Below, piece after piece: positions 37,326 to 49,513 of a DNA stretch of 64,000 nucleotides. The DNA is from Mustelus asterias (taxonomy: Eukaryota). Both the position numbers and the translations under genes were made by a program. The stretch spans positions 3,224,001-3,288,000 of the forward strand of contig NC_135827.1 in NCBI RefSeq assembly GCF_964213995.1. Direction: 5' to 3'. Under the pieces are notes generated by a model. That model did not search any database. It was given only the letters and a program-made list of their open reading frames with translations, and was not told the DNA's origin. How positions within the stretch are numbered: the first letter of the stretch is position 1; the number at the start of each line of letters is the position of its first letter.

Positions 37326-37954
37326 ATCCATTCTCTCAGCATTACTTACATAGCAAGTGGAACTGTACATGAGTGGGCCCTCCTGAGGAATCTCATCTGG
37401 ATATTTCCCTGCAGCAGAATGGTTTGGAGTGGTTCCGTCAGAGATCCTTCTCTTTAGAAACCTTTTGACAACAAGTAGGAAATTCCTATTTACAAACATT
37501 CCTTACTGTCCCGGCGTCAGAGAGTCTCAGATTAATCAAGTTCAGGGTTTAGTGCGGAATTGTTTATTTGCTGATCCTCAAGTTGAGGAATGAAGCCTGG
37601 TGAAAGATTGACTAATCTGGGCATCTATTCTCTTGGAAAGAGAAAGCTCAGGCAGAATACGATGGAAGTGTTTAAGATTATTTTTAACAGTCAGTTTTCC
37701 TGCCACGTACTGAGTGTCAGCACAATCTTTACAGAGGTAAGAGAGACAAAAAAAATCAGAAATATGGGTGGAAACTTTTAAACAAAACAGACTATGGACA
37801 CAGGTGACGGAACAAGGAATATTAATGAGTTTGAAGAAGGAATGCAACAGGTTTTGTTAACCAATTGATCTGAGAGTTAGTGGAATACACCAACGGTATG
37901 GCACACTGGGCTAAATGGGCTGAAGATCATCTCCTAAGAACAAAGAAGAGTACA

Positions 37955-38175
37955 GTAAGAAGTCTCACAACACCAGGTTAAAGTCCAACAGGTTTATTTG
38001 GAATCATGAACTTGTGGAGCGCTGTTCCTTCATCAGGTATTTCATCATCATTCACTTGATGAAGGAGCAGCGCTCCGAAAGCCCGTGTTTCTAAATAAAT
38101 CTGTTGGACTTTAACCTGGTGTTGTGGGACTTATTACTGTGCCCAACCCAGTCCAATGCCGGCATCTCCACATCA
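37955..38175. mobile_element. Palindromic mini-Penelope insertion (older)
   Basis: Imperfect inverted arms of the PLE terminus, flanked by an AAGAA(G/C)AGTACA duplication. Confidence 0.8.
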
Positions 38176-38221
38176 AAGAACAGTACAGCACAGGAGCAGG
38201 CCCTTCGGCTCACCAAGTCTG

Positions 38222-38420
38222 TGCTTCCTCCCACACTCCAAAGATGTGCCGATTTTGTGGATAGGCCATGCTAAATGTCCCCTAGTGTCCCACTTAAGGG
38301 GATTATAGAGTAAATATTTTGGGTTACAGGGATGGGGCCTGGGTAAGATACTCCAGCAGAGAGTGGGTGCAGACTTGATGGGCTGAATGGTGGCCTCCTT
38401 CTCACTGTATGGGCTCTCTG
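38222..38420 (+). mobile_element. HE1-type SINE 3' half
   Basis: TTCCTCCCACACTCCAAAGATGTGC...GGCCATGCTAAA...GCAGACTTGATGGGCTGAATGG. Confidence 0.7.
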
Positions 38421-38864
38421 ATAGCACAGGAAGTCTCTCTGATTGGATAGGGGTCAGATATTGTTGACTTTGACAGTTGTGTAAATTGGACAATATCAGA
38501 TGCCTTCCCTTCAATGTTATGCACCATCCTCCATTTTCATTCCATTGCCTTCAATATTGCTGTCAATTCAATTCCATCCATTTTACAACATGTTTGCAAT
38601 CATAGTTTCTGAGCTGAGGTGCAACTGGAGATATGTTATCTCATCCAGAATATCGTTAGCCCACAGCCAAAGCAAGTTTGTGAAGTGGGTGACCATTGTG
38701 AAGGGAGGCGGATGGAACTCAAGACAATGAGAAGATTCCCTCAGATTGTTGGATGGACAAAATATTTAATTCAGAATTCTTATGGCAACAAATCAGAGGG
38801 TACTGACTAGGAATAACACCACAGCATCATGGAACAAGTGGTTGCCAATAGAAGTGAAACATAT

Positions 38865-39211
38865 GGGCGGCATGGTGGCACAGTGGTTAGCACTGCTGCC
38901 TCACAGCACCAGGGACCTGGGTTCAATTCCCGGCTTGGATCACTGTCCGTGTGAAGTTTGCACATTCTTCCCGTGTCTGTGTGGGTTTTCTCTGGGTGCT
39001 CCAGTTTCCTCTGGGTGTTCCAGTTTCCTCCCACAGTCCAAAGATGTGTGGGTTAGGTGGATTGGCCATGATAAATTGCTCCTTAGTGCCAGGGGGACTA
39101 GCTGGGGTAAATGAATGGGGTTGTGGGGATAGAGCCTGGGTGGGATTGTGCTCTGTGCAGTCTCGATGGGCCAAGTGGCCTCCGACTGCACTGTAGGATT
39201 CTATGACTCTA
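38865..39211 (+). mobile_element. HE1-type V-SINE
   Basis: Full length, with an internal ~19-bp tandem duplication CTCTGGGTG(C/T)TCCAGTTTC. Confidence 0.88.
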
Positions 39212-39645
39212 TAAGAACATAAGAACTAGGAGCAGGAGTAGGCCATCTGGCCCCTCGAGCCTGCTCCGCCATTCAATAAAATTATGGCTGATTTTTTTGT
39301 GGACTCAGCTCCACTTACCCGCCAATCACCATAACCCTTCATTCCTTTACTGTTCAAAAATCTATCTATCTTTGCCTTAAAAACATTCAACGAGGTAGCC
39401 TCAACTGCTTCACTGGGCAGGGAATTCCACAGATTCACAACCCTTTGGGTGAAGAAGTTCCTCCTCAACTCAGTCCTACATCTGCTCCCCCTTATTTTGA
39501 GGCTATGCCCCCTCGTTCTAGTTTCACTCGCGAGTGGAAACAACCCACCGCCTCTATCTAATCTGTTCCCTTCTATGTTTCAATCAGATCCCCCCCTCAT
39601 AAGCCAACCCTCTCAACTCTGGAATCAACCTAGTGGATCTCCCCT
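39212..39645 (-). mobile_element. CR1 3' fragment
   Basis: ORF FPLASETRTRGHSLKIRG...ELRRNFFTQRVVNLWNSLP and a (TTCTTATG)n tail. Confidence 0.9.
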
Positions 39646-39849
39646 GCACATATACCTGCACAAACTAAGTGCAGAAATATAGCAGGAATAGAGAATTCCA
39701 GAGACGAAGGATTCAATAAACATTGGTGAATTTTGAAGTGTCTTAGGTTCTAGATTCTGAAACTATTAGTCGCAGAGTATGAAGCGAAATCAGAGAGAAA
39801 CTAACAGAGGCTTCGACCGCAGTCATTTGTCATTGCTGAATATGAGAAT

Positions 39850-40455
39850 GAAAGCAGAATATTGTGGAGATGCCAATATAACAGTTCTGTTCAAGAGTAG
39901 AGAAGGAGGCTTAAACTGTGTTAATAGAGAACTGTCATCTTAGCATCATTAATCTTTTGGAAACCATTATACAGGGTCAGATTTTAATGTTCACTTTGAA
40001 AGGCATGGAATAATCAAGAACAGTCAGCATGGGGAACATCAAACCACATCTGTCAATGATAATCTTTCTTTTCGAGAATGTATACAGGTTCGAATGGGAA
40101 TACATTGGATACTCGGTATTGAAATATTTTAAAAATGTGATAGGAGACTTGTTGATAAAAGAAAGATGCAGATCATTAAATGTGACAGTATTGATAAGAA
40201 GTTAGTAAATGGACAGAAAACGAAGAGCAGTGGTTAATATTTTGAACCAGAGATAAGTTAACAATGACCTTCCCCAGGGATGAATGATGGGGCCATTATT
40301 TTTAATGCGTGAAGGATCTTAACTCAGGAGTAGGGATGAGAATCTGAAAGTGACATAAAATACGGGACATGATTAACAGGAAAGAGCTTGTGCTTTCAGG
40401 AGGAAATTTGGTTGGTGATTGGGCAGAAAAATGTCAGGGTAAATTTAACTTAACC
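39850..40455 (+). mobile_element. Very old CR1 RT remnant
   Basis: Degenerate ANITVLFK...IIKNSQHG...PQG..MGPL motifs. Confidence 0.5.
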
Positions 40456-40465
40456 AAAAGAAACT

Positions 40466-40594
40466 GGGTGGTGAATTTTCCCATTCTGCCTGCCACGGGA
40501 ATCGTAGCGGGAGAAGGGCAGACCATGGAAAGGACCCTTGACCTTGGGTGGGATTTTCCAGTTTCGGGGTGAGTGTGGCCGGAAAATCCTGCCC
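40466..40594. mobile_element. PIF/Harbinger-like MITE
   Basis: TIR-like ends GG(T)GGTGAATTTTCC...GGAAAATCCTGCC with CTG on both sides. Related copies at 53864 and 63429. Confidence 0.6.
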
Positions 40595-40607
40595 TGGCAG
40601 AGAGGAA

Positions 40608-40937
40608 TTCACAGAAGCTCCACAGTGCAGAAGGAGGCCATTTGGCCCATCGGACCTGCACTGACTCTCCGACAGAGCATCTTACCCAGGCCCTATCCCA
40701 GTATTCCCCACGTATTTTTACCACTACCCCCCCCCCCCCCTAACCTACACATCTTGGGACACAATGAGGCAATTTAGCATGGCCAGTCAACCTAACCTTC
40801 ACATCTTTGGACTGAGCACCCGGAGAAAACCCACGCAGACATGGGGAGAATGTGCAAACGCCACAGAGAGTGGCCCAAGCCGGGAATTGAGCTCGGGTCC
40901 CTGACGCTGTAGGCAGCAGTGTTAACCACTGTGCTAC
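40608..40937 (-). mobile_element. HE1-type V-SINE
   Basis: Head, V-domain and tail present. Confidence 0.82.
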
Positions 40938-41381
40938 ACATTAAACGCAAGAGCAGAGAGATGCGATGATTTTGATCCACCAATCCATAAAGGTGAAGAC
41001 AATTTGATAAAACTTCAAATAAAGAAGCATATGGGAACTTTAGATTGATAGATAATGGCATGGAATCCAAAAGCAAATGACAAATGATAATTACCCGATA
41101 GATATGATTGCTAGGGCCAGGGTTCCAATATCAATCTGCTCTCTCTGTTCACGTTTTTGTTTCCAGCTCAGGTCTGGGTGTGTTTTTTGGGTGAATCTGC
41201 CTCAGTTTCCCTTCACTTACTGCTGTGCCAATTCAAAAATTCAACAAATTGGACCAGGGATGTAACAGCACACATTGTTTAGGGTTTGGGGATCACAGGG
41301 TAGTGATCGAGGCCAGCAGTCCAGAGGATCAGCATCTCACCACATCTCCTACAAGCACCCAACTGGAAACCACCCAAACAT

Positions 41382-41724
41382 AAGAACATAAGAACATAAG
41401 AAATAGGAGCAGGAGTAGGCCATCTAGCCCCTCGAGCCTGCCCCGCCATTCAATAAGATCATGGCTGATCTGACGTGGATCAGTACCACTTACCCGCCTG
41501 ATCCCCATAACCCTTAATTCCCTTACCGATCAGGAATCCATCCATCCGCGCTTTAAACATATTCAGCGAGGTAGCCTCCACCACCTCAGTGGGCAGAGAA
41601 TTCCAGAGATTCACCACCCTCTGGGAGAAGAAGTTCCTCCTCAACTCTGTCTTAAACCGACCCCCCTTTATTTTGAGGCTGTGTCCTCTAGTTTTAACTT
41701 CCTTACTAAGTGGAAAGAATCTCT
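41382..41724 (-). mobile_element. Young CR1, short 5'-truncated copy
   Basis: Matches 21797-22140 by eye. CCAAACAT is duplicated at 41374-41381 and 41730-41737. Confidence 0.95.
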
Positions 41725-41824
41725 TTAAGCCAAACATGGAAGAACAAAGCTTAGAAAATCTGTGTCAATTTGTCCAATTTTGGGTGTCTTATTTTGTGCG
41801 GGAATTTCAAAGCCAAAGTAAGGT

Positions 41825-42025
41825 TTTTATTTATTTGTACGTGGGATGAGGACATCACTGGCAAGGCAAACATTTGCTAACTGTCCTGAATTGCCCTTTC
41901 AAAGCAAAGAGCCAATCACATTGCTGTGTGTCTGAAATGACATGTCGGCCAGATCGTGTAAGGACAGCAGATTTCCTTCCCTAAAGGTCTTTCATGAAAA
42001 TCGACAATAGTTTTATGGTCACCAT
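41825..42025 (-). mobile_element. tRNA-derived SINE family 2 fragment
   Basis: Core GCAGATTTCCTTCCCTAAAGG on the plus strand. Confidence 0.65.
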
Positions 42026-42328
42026 TATGGGCCCTGGGCCCTGCGATTGCAGGGAGGGGGGGAGCTAGTTGAGGCTGTCTGCAGTAGCAGGGGCCTGACA
42101 GCTCTCACTCTCTCTGTCAGACCCCTGCTAATGTTAATGCGCATGTGCAGCATCAGAGGTCTGCATACGTGCACTACCTCCCTCTACAGGCTGTCTGATG
42201 GGTTAAGCCCTGCCCACAGCCCCTCTGGCTGGAAACTGACTAGCCCATCTTTTCAGAGACAGAGTGCATAATATTAGGCATATGTGTGTGGGTGTGTATT
42301 TATGCAAGTGCCTGTGTGTGGGTGTGTA

Positions 42329-42765
42329 NNNNNNNNNNNNNNNNNNNNNNNNNNNNNNNNNNNNNNNNNNNNNNNNNNNNNNNNNNNNNNNNNNNNNNNN
42401 NNNNNNNNNNNNNNNNNNNNNNNNNNNNNNNNNNNNNNNNNNNNNNNNNNNNNNNNNNNNNNNNNNNNNNNNNNNNNNNNNNNNNNNNNNNNNNNNNNNN
42501 NNNNNNNNNNNNNNNNNNNNNNNNNNNNNNNNNNNNNNNNNNNNNNNNNNNNNNNNNNNNNNNNNNNNNNNNNNNNNNNNNNNNNNNNNNNNNNNNNNNN
42601 NNNNNNNNNNNNNNNNNNNNNNNNNNNNNNNNNNNNNNNNNNNNNNNNNNNNNNNNNNNNNNNNNNNNNNNNNNNNNNNNNNNNNNNNNNNNNNNNNNNN
42701 NNNNNNNNNNNNNNNNNNNNNNNNNNNNNNNNNNNNNNNNNNNNNNNNNNNNNNNNNNNNNNNNN
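42329..42765. other. Assembly gap (N run)
   Basis: 437 Ns preceded by a GT-rich microsatellite. Confidence 1.
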
Positions 42766-43884
42766 GGGAAGATCTCAAACCAGCTTTACACCAGATGCGT
42801 GCTTTGTAAATGTAAACGTGTTTGTTATTGACATGAAATGTGCTGGTTTGCTGATCTATTGTTGATCTTCTGATTAAACTTGCAGCACATTTGTCCCAAT
42901 TCCAAAGTTGCAATGTTGTCAAAAAAAAACTTTTCTTTGAAGAAAACACCATTTAGACAATCCAAAAATACCAGGACTCTCAACTGTGACCACAACCCAG
43001 AGTGCCTGAATGCTGTTTTTAAAACTCACGCTCTGTTAGACATGGGTAACACCTGCAGTGCCCACACTTAAACAAACTTAGTTGCACTAAACCTTTATTT
43101 AGCTTTTAAACTCACATTCTGTATTCGGAATTCCCCCTGCACCGTCCTTCCACACCCTCCCCCTCCCCACACCCCCAGCCTTCCATTCCAAATTATAGCT
43201 GCTATTAATGGTATTTTATGACGTCACTCGGGCAAGACTCATAAAATCTCGCCTGTGGCCAACGGAGAATTCCGTTCTCCGAGCCCGATTCCAGGGCGGG
43301 CGTTGCTGTAAGATTCCGGCATATGTGTCTACATCTTTCTCTTCCTTTAAGATACTGCTTAAAAACCATACTCACATACTGGCATTGACCTGATGGGCTG
43401 AATGGCCTCCTGCCATGGCATAACTAGAGTCATAGAGTTAAAGTCGTAGAGTTCTACAGCACAGAAAAGGCCCTTTGGCCCATCGCTTCTGTGTCAGTCA
43501 AACACAATTAGCTGGCTATTCTAATCCCATTTTCCAGCATTTTGATCCATAGCCTTGTGTGCCTTGGCATTGCAAGTGCTCATCAAAATACTTCTTAAAT
43601 GTTATGAGGGTCTCACCCTATAAGGCAGACTCTATGACCTGTCTTAATGTCTTCTTGAATGGGTCAGTTTCAGACTATGTTTGATAACATTGCCAGGAAA
43701 CTGTGTTGAGACAGTTTACTGTGTGAAAGGTGATTTATCAACTCAAGTAGTAATTGATAATAGCTTCAGTATTTGATGTGGAGTCAGTGTATTGCTTGGG
43801 GTGTACATAGCAGCAGCTTCGCAATCCTGGCTTCAATGGTAAATTGGAGGTGAATTACCTCCAATTCTGTCGGGGTAATCCAAG

Positions 43885-44915
43885 GGGGAGACATCAGCGG
43901 AGGCCATTTCGTGGGCTTCCCGCTGGGCTCCACGGCCTTCCCGTGTCTCCCAGGCCAGGATTTTGAGCGTCATCAGCTCTGCCCCGGAACTGGCCATGGA
44001 GCTGATTTCAATATTGAGATTAACATTTAAATGTCATTAACAGGCCTGGGACTGAAGTCTCCGGGTCCACTAGCGTCTCCCCCGCCCGCCAGGGGCGGTT
44101 CACTCTAGTGGGTTTGTTACTGCTCCCCACTAATGCGGAACAGGCGGCCAACCCGGCTGGAGGGAACGGAGGCCATTGAGGCTCCCCACGAGATCAGGGG
44201 TAAGGTGGGGGTACCCCCTGGGCAGTACCAACCTGACCCTCCGGCACTGCCCAAAGGGCAAACTGAAAGTGCCACCGGACATCGGGCAGTGCCAAGTGGG
44301 TGGGACCAGAGGGGGCCGGGGCCTAAAGGGGGGGCACCTATTGGGGACGATTTGGGGGGGTGGGGGGTCCCACTGCCACTCTGCACAGGGATCACGGGTG
44401 GAGGGAGGGAGGATGGCGATTGGGCTGACAATCAGTGAGGGGGTAGGGGTCAGGACTGCCGTTGGGAGAGGGGAGGGGGGGAGTTTGGGACTGTTGAGTG
44501 GGGGGGGGGGGGGGTGGGGGTGGATCGGGAAATTGGGGCTGGCTGGGTCTGGCCCAGAGAGTTCCGGGAGGCCAGTGTTCAGGGGGTGTGGGGATTGGAG
44601 AGGTAGCAATGGGGAGTCACAGGGCTGGCTAGCGATCGAGCTGGCCAGCGATCGGGAGGCCGGCAGTGCGGGGCTACTGCGCAGTGCTGATCTCAGCACT
44701 GACAGATCGGCACATGCACAGTGGCCCACTCAGCGCTATACTGCCGGCCTCTCCAACAGGAATAGGCCCTGCCCATGATTTTCAGTGGGAATCCCGTCAG
44801 AGCACTCTGCAGTGCACAGAGTGTGGGAGATTCATTCTGAAACTCCTGCTGAAATAACCAGCGGGAGTTACTGCCGTTTACACGCGAATTGGGGAATTTT
44901 TGAGAGAATCCCCAG
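43885..44915. mobile_element. GC-rich non-autonomous DNA element (Harbinger-like)
   Basis: Its internal block (~44025-44190) is reverse-complement homologous to ~62363-62530. Ends GAGAGAATCCCC and contains G-rich tracts. Confidence 0.55.
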
Positions 44916-45016
44916 ATCTTTTGAAGCCAATCTGCAGAATATGAGAGGTGAATCCATCAGAATATGAAACCAATGAGATACAGTCAGTGGAGATAGTGTT
45001 TTTGTCTGCTCCTCTG

Positions 45017-45505
45017 CAGTCTGAATGGACTTGTTGGTGAGAGAGGTTTTTCCTTATCTACACAGGGGGCATGTGGGACAGTAAGTGGGTGAGATTTTAG
45101 GCTCTGTTTTTGGGCTCCAATGTGATTTGTTCAGTAATGATGGTGTTTGTCTGTGCCAATGCACTTCCGCGGTTAGCTGGCATATTTGAAACAAATAGAA
45201 ACTTATTTTAACCTTGTTAATTACACCCCATGATTTTTAAAAATAACCTCAGACAAATAGTTCTGAATGCTGCTAACATTATTCCGCCATGCTGATAGAA
45301 AGGTGACATTGTTTGGGGAGCTGGTGCAAAACAGGCCATCGAATTCACAGCTGCACAAAACTAATTTCAAACCGTTTCTCAATCGGCAACATTCTCGCCT
45401 CTGAGTCAGACCGTGGAGGGCTCAGGTTTCAGTGCAGAGGCTGCAACGCATCCTCCTGGCTGACACTCCTGTGCAGTGCTGAGGGAGTGCTCCAGCGTTG
45501 GAGAC
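45017..45505 (+). repeat. Local duplication, copy 1 (segments A and B)
   Basis: A (~45017-45300) recurs directly at ~45963-46630. B (~45325-45505) recurs inverted at ~46663-46843. Confidence 0.9.
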
Positions 45506-45790
45506 GCTGCAGTGTTGGATGAGAAACTGAACCTGCAGCCCGCTCGGATGGCAGGGAAAGATCCCATTGCGCTATCTTGACCAGAATATATTCTTCAGCA
45601 CCGTGTCACCAAAGCAGACAGTCTGGCTGTTCTCATGTTGCAGTGTCTGGGGGCTGCGTGTGCAACATGGCTGCCCTGTTTCCGTTATTATATCAGTGAC
45701 CACACTTAATATCTATTTTAATTAGCTGTGAAAAATAGGGAACTGTCCTGAGTCGGTGACAGGCACGAGAGAAACGCATATGTGCATTTC
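45385..45790 (+). mobile_element. SacSINE1/DeuSINE-like ancient SINE
   Basis: TCTCGCCTCTGAGTCAGA...GGCTGACACTCC...GCAGTGCTGAGGGAGTGCT...GGATGAGAAAC, homologous to 7425-7612. Confidence 0.6.
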
Positions 45791-46133
45791 CTTTCCATTT
45801 TTAGGATTTTTTTGGCACCACAAGAAGGAACCAAATCTGTCAATAAACCTTGTTGTGGATGTACTTTCAATAAATTTGGTGTGGTTACCACAGTGAGTGG
45901 GAATAATCATTGATCTAATGACGACATGCCTGAACAGACAGTAACTGACGAAAGGTTCAGTAGCAGTCTGAATGGACTTTTTGGTGAGAGAGGTTTTCCT
46001 TATCTACACAGAGGGGGCAGTAAGTGGGTGAGATTTTAAGCTGTGTTTTTGGGCTCCATATGATACGTTCAGTGATGATGGTGTTTGTCTGCGCCAACGC
46101 ACCTCCGCGGTTAGCTGGCATATCTGAAACAAA

Positions 46134-46506
46134 TAGAAACCATAGAAACCCTAAAGTACAGAAAGAGGCCGTTCGGCCCATCGAGTCTGCACCGACAACA
46201 ATCCCACCCAGGCCCTATCCCCGTATCCCTACATATTTTACCTGCTAATCCCTCTAACCCTCATATTTACCCACTAGTCCCTCGAATCTACGCATCCTGG
46301 GACACTAAGGGCAATTTAGCGTGGCCAATCAACCTAACCCGCACATCTTTGGACTGTGGGAGGAAACCGGAGCACCCGGAGGAAACCCACGCAGACACGG
46401 GGAGAATGTGCAAACTCCACACAGACAGTGACCCAAGCCGGGAATCGAACCCAGGTCCCTGGAGCTGTGAAGCAGCAGTGCTAACCACTGTGCTACCGTG
46501 CCGCCC
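46134..46506 (-). mobile_element. HE1-type V-SINE inserted in duplicate copy 2
   Basis: Full SINE that is absent from the paralogous site at ~45190-45210. Confidence 0.92.
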
Positions 46507-47491
46507 TATTTTAACCTCGTTAATTACACCCCATGGATTTTTAAAAATAACCCCAGACCAATAGAACAGGTGATAACTGTGCAAACACGTGTTGGATGTG
46601 GCAAACATTATTCTGCCATGCTGCTGGAAAGGGAAGCGGGCTCATGCTTTAGTTTCTCATTTGTCTCCAACGCTGGAGCACTCCCTCAGCACTGCACAGG
46701 AGTGTCAGCCAGGAGGATGCGTTGCAGCTTCTGCACTGAAACCTGAGCCCTCCACGGTCTGACTCAGAGGCGAGAATGTTGCCGATTGAGAATCGGTTTG
46801 AAATTAGTTTTGTGCAGCTATGAATTCGATGGTCTGATTTGCACAAAATTCAGGCATCGAGGTGGACAAGGCCCAAACATAACAAGGTCAGCCAGGGAGG
46901 AAGCAGAAACCAAGCGGCAGGCCAGGGTGCCAATGCTTCTGGTTGGCCTGTGGACCTTCTCCACCTACTTGCCCATGGGTTCAAGTGCAGCCAAATGCCA
47001 ACCTACAGAAGTTTCTCCTCCCACCCGCCCACCACCTCCACCACTGCTCCACAACCCACACCCCAGCTGGTGGCCTGGCTGCGTTTCTCTGTTATTTGCT
47101 TTTTCTGCTTTTCTGCTTTTCTGCTTTTTCAAATAGTGAGAGGAGACCTTCTTGATGAAGAACCCTCCCAATTACCTCCCTTTCACTGCAGCCCCTCTGA
47201 AGGTAGAAGGCCTCTGATTGGCCCTTTAGCCTTGGGAGCCCACTGGTCACTCCTTATTGGACACGAAACCTGTCTCCACAGGAGTTGAGTGTGACAAGTG
47301 TAATGTGAAGCATTTTCCCACCGGCAATGAATTTGAGTCCAAAAACTATCCCAAATCCTAATTCCTATTCAACTGCTTAACTCACTCAAAACCGTACACA
47401 AATTAACATTGTGAACTGCAGCTCAGATACTCGAAATACTGACTGAGGTCTGGAATAGGCTGCATGACTTAACGAATTATAAAGTATAAAT

Positions 47492-48436
47492 AGAGAGAGT
47501 ACAGAGGAGGTTTACCAGGATGTTGCCTGGTATGGAGGGGCTTGGTTATGAGGAGAGATTGGGGAAACTGGGGTTGTTCTCCTTGGAAAGATGGAGGATG
47601 AGGGGAGACTTAATAGAGGTGTATAAAATTATGAAAGGCATAGATAGGGTGAACGGTGGAAAGCTTTTCCCCGGGTCGGTGGTGACGTTCACGAGGGGTC
47701 ATAGGTTCAAGGTGAAGCGGGGGAGGTTTAACACAGATATCAGAAGGACATATTTTACACAGAGGGTCGTGGGGGCCTGGAATGTGTTGCCAGGCAAGGT
47801 GGTGGAGGCGGACACACTGGGAACGTTTAAGACTTATCTAGACAGCTATATGAACGGAGTGGGAATGGAGGGATACAAAAGAGTGGTCTAGTTAGGACCA
47901 GGGAGCGGCGCGGGCTAATTGTTCTTTGTTTCTCGTTTCAAGGCTTCATTATATGATCATCTTGCTGGTGCCAGTACAGAGCGAGACTGCGGATAGTTGG
48001 GAACCTGTCTCGGGGGCAGGGAATTCAGATGGTGTTCGTAAAGCAGAAGTGGAAATGAATAGGGTTGGGAAGCATTTTCTGATCAGGGCCAGTGTGATCT
48101 CCTGGACTCGTTTCGATCGCCACAGGGGGTCGGAGAGGAATTTCCCAGATTTTTTTTCCCCATATTGGCCCTGGGGTTTTCACTCTGGGTTTTCGCCTCT
48201 CCCTGGAGATCACATGGTCTGGAATGGGGGGGTGGGGGTGAGTTAATAGGTTGTGATGAACAAAGCATCGTAGCTGTGAGGGACAGCTCGGTGGATAGGA
48301 TATTAGGATGTAGATAGGCTGGAAAATTGGGCGGGGATCCTGGATTCAGGATTCAATCCTGGACCGGGGAGCGGCGCGGGCTTGGAGGGCCGAAGGGCCT
48401 GTTCCTGTGCTGTATTGTTCTTTGTTCTTTGTTCTT
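47492..48436 (+). mobile_element. CR1 3' fragment with an extended composite 3' UTR
   Basis: ORF 47520-47891 ([22 protein letters not shown]...), then ~540 bp of UTR ending (TTGTTCT)n. Confidence 0.9.
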
Positions 48437-49219
48437 ATATGACAGCAGCGCACATATATGGATAGATATACGGTGTATCACAATCCTGTATGATATATAA
48501 ATGTGGGTGGGCATTTTAGCCATGTGCTTTTTCCATTAAGCCTTGCCTGACTTAGGAGTCATGGCTCGCAGCATCTCAGGAGTCATGGGCAATGCCTAGC
48601 CAGGAGTCGGAACTCTTTTGATAAGTAAATTCAAATGGTGTTGACAACTTCATATGTTACAATATAATTTACAGCAAGTTAAAAATGTCTTTGATGCAGT
48701 GATCAATTATGGAGGTTTGTTAAGAAAAAGTAAGTTAACGTTAAATTGGCCAGCATGTGAAAGTTTTCAGATGCATTAGCGTACTTTACTGATGGATAAA
48801 TTGCTCTTCTGCATTCAGCAGCATTGAGTTTCAAATTGAAATGTGCCAATTTCCCCCGTGATGTGATATTTTCTTTCATTGCACCAGAGGTCACCAGAGG
48901 TCATTGACATAGCTGTCAAGGGGACTGGGAGTTTTGTTTTGATTGATGGTTTTATGAGCAGTTAATAGGATTAGGTTTATGAATTGCTGTTTATTTATTT
49001 TGACAGTTTTATGAGCATCCCCAACTTTCTAATGTTATTTTAAGGCTCATGAGTTCTGTCTTATAAGTCAATATTATGTAAGTCGGCATGGGGCTATGGA
49101 GGTAGCATTTGAATAATGGAGGGGGTAGGGAGATATGCAGGGGCATGAGGTGGTTGGACGCGAGGACTAACATTCTTAACACTCCTGTACCGAACTGGGT
49201 CTATGTTCCTGTGATTAGG

Positions 49220-49310
49220 ATAAGAAGTCTCACAACACCAGGTAAAGTCCAACAGGTTTATTTGGCAGCAAAAGCCACTAGCTTTCGGAGCGCTTGCTGC
49301 TCCTTCGTTA
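49220..49310 (-). mobile_element. Penelope terminal fragment
   Basis: Matches 9558-9649. GTGATTAG is duplicated at 49211-49218 and 49311-49318. Confidence 0.85.
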
Positions 49311-49513
49311 GTGATTAGAGGCAGACCTTCTAACCTGGCCACCTTGGTCTTCACCCAATGATTCTCACCTCAGAGGCAAATATTGGGACCAGATATATTT
49401 GGTGTTGCAGATTCAATCTATGATGAATCTGAATCACAATAATGGTCACAGGTGCTCACCTGTGAACAGGAATAAATTACATTCCAGCAGAGCGGCGATG
49501 CTGATTCACTGTT

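Noticed and set aside
36972-37342. Recurring small ORFs (MVSTAASQ..., MAQWLALL..., MDCGRKPEH...) resembling a gene family
   Set aside because: All are translations of HE1 SINE copies.
42203-42952. Long ORFs of 181-249 aa
   Set aside because: Artefacts of translating through the N gap.
44117-44778. Overlapping ~200-aa Gly/Pro-rich ORFs on both strands
   Set aside because: Low-complexity, GC-rich interior of a non-autonomous element with no recognisable domain.
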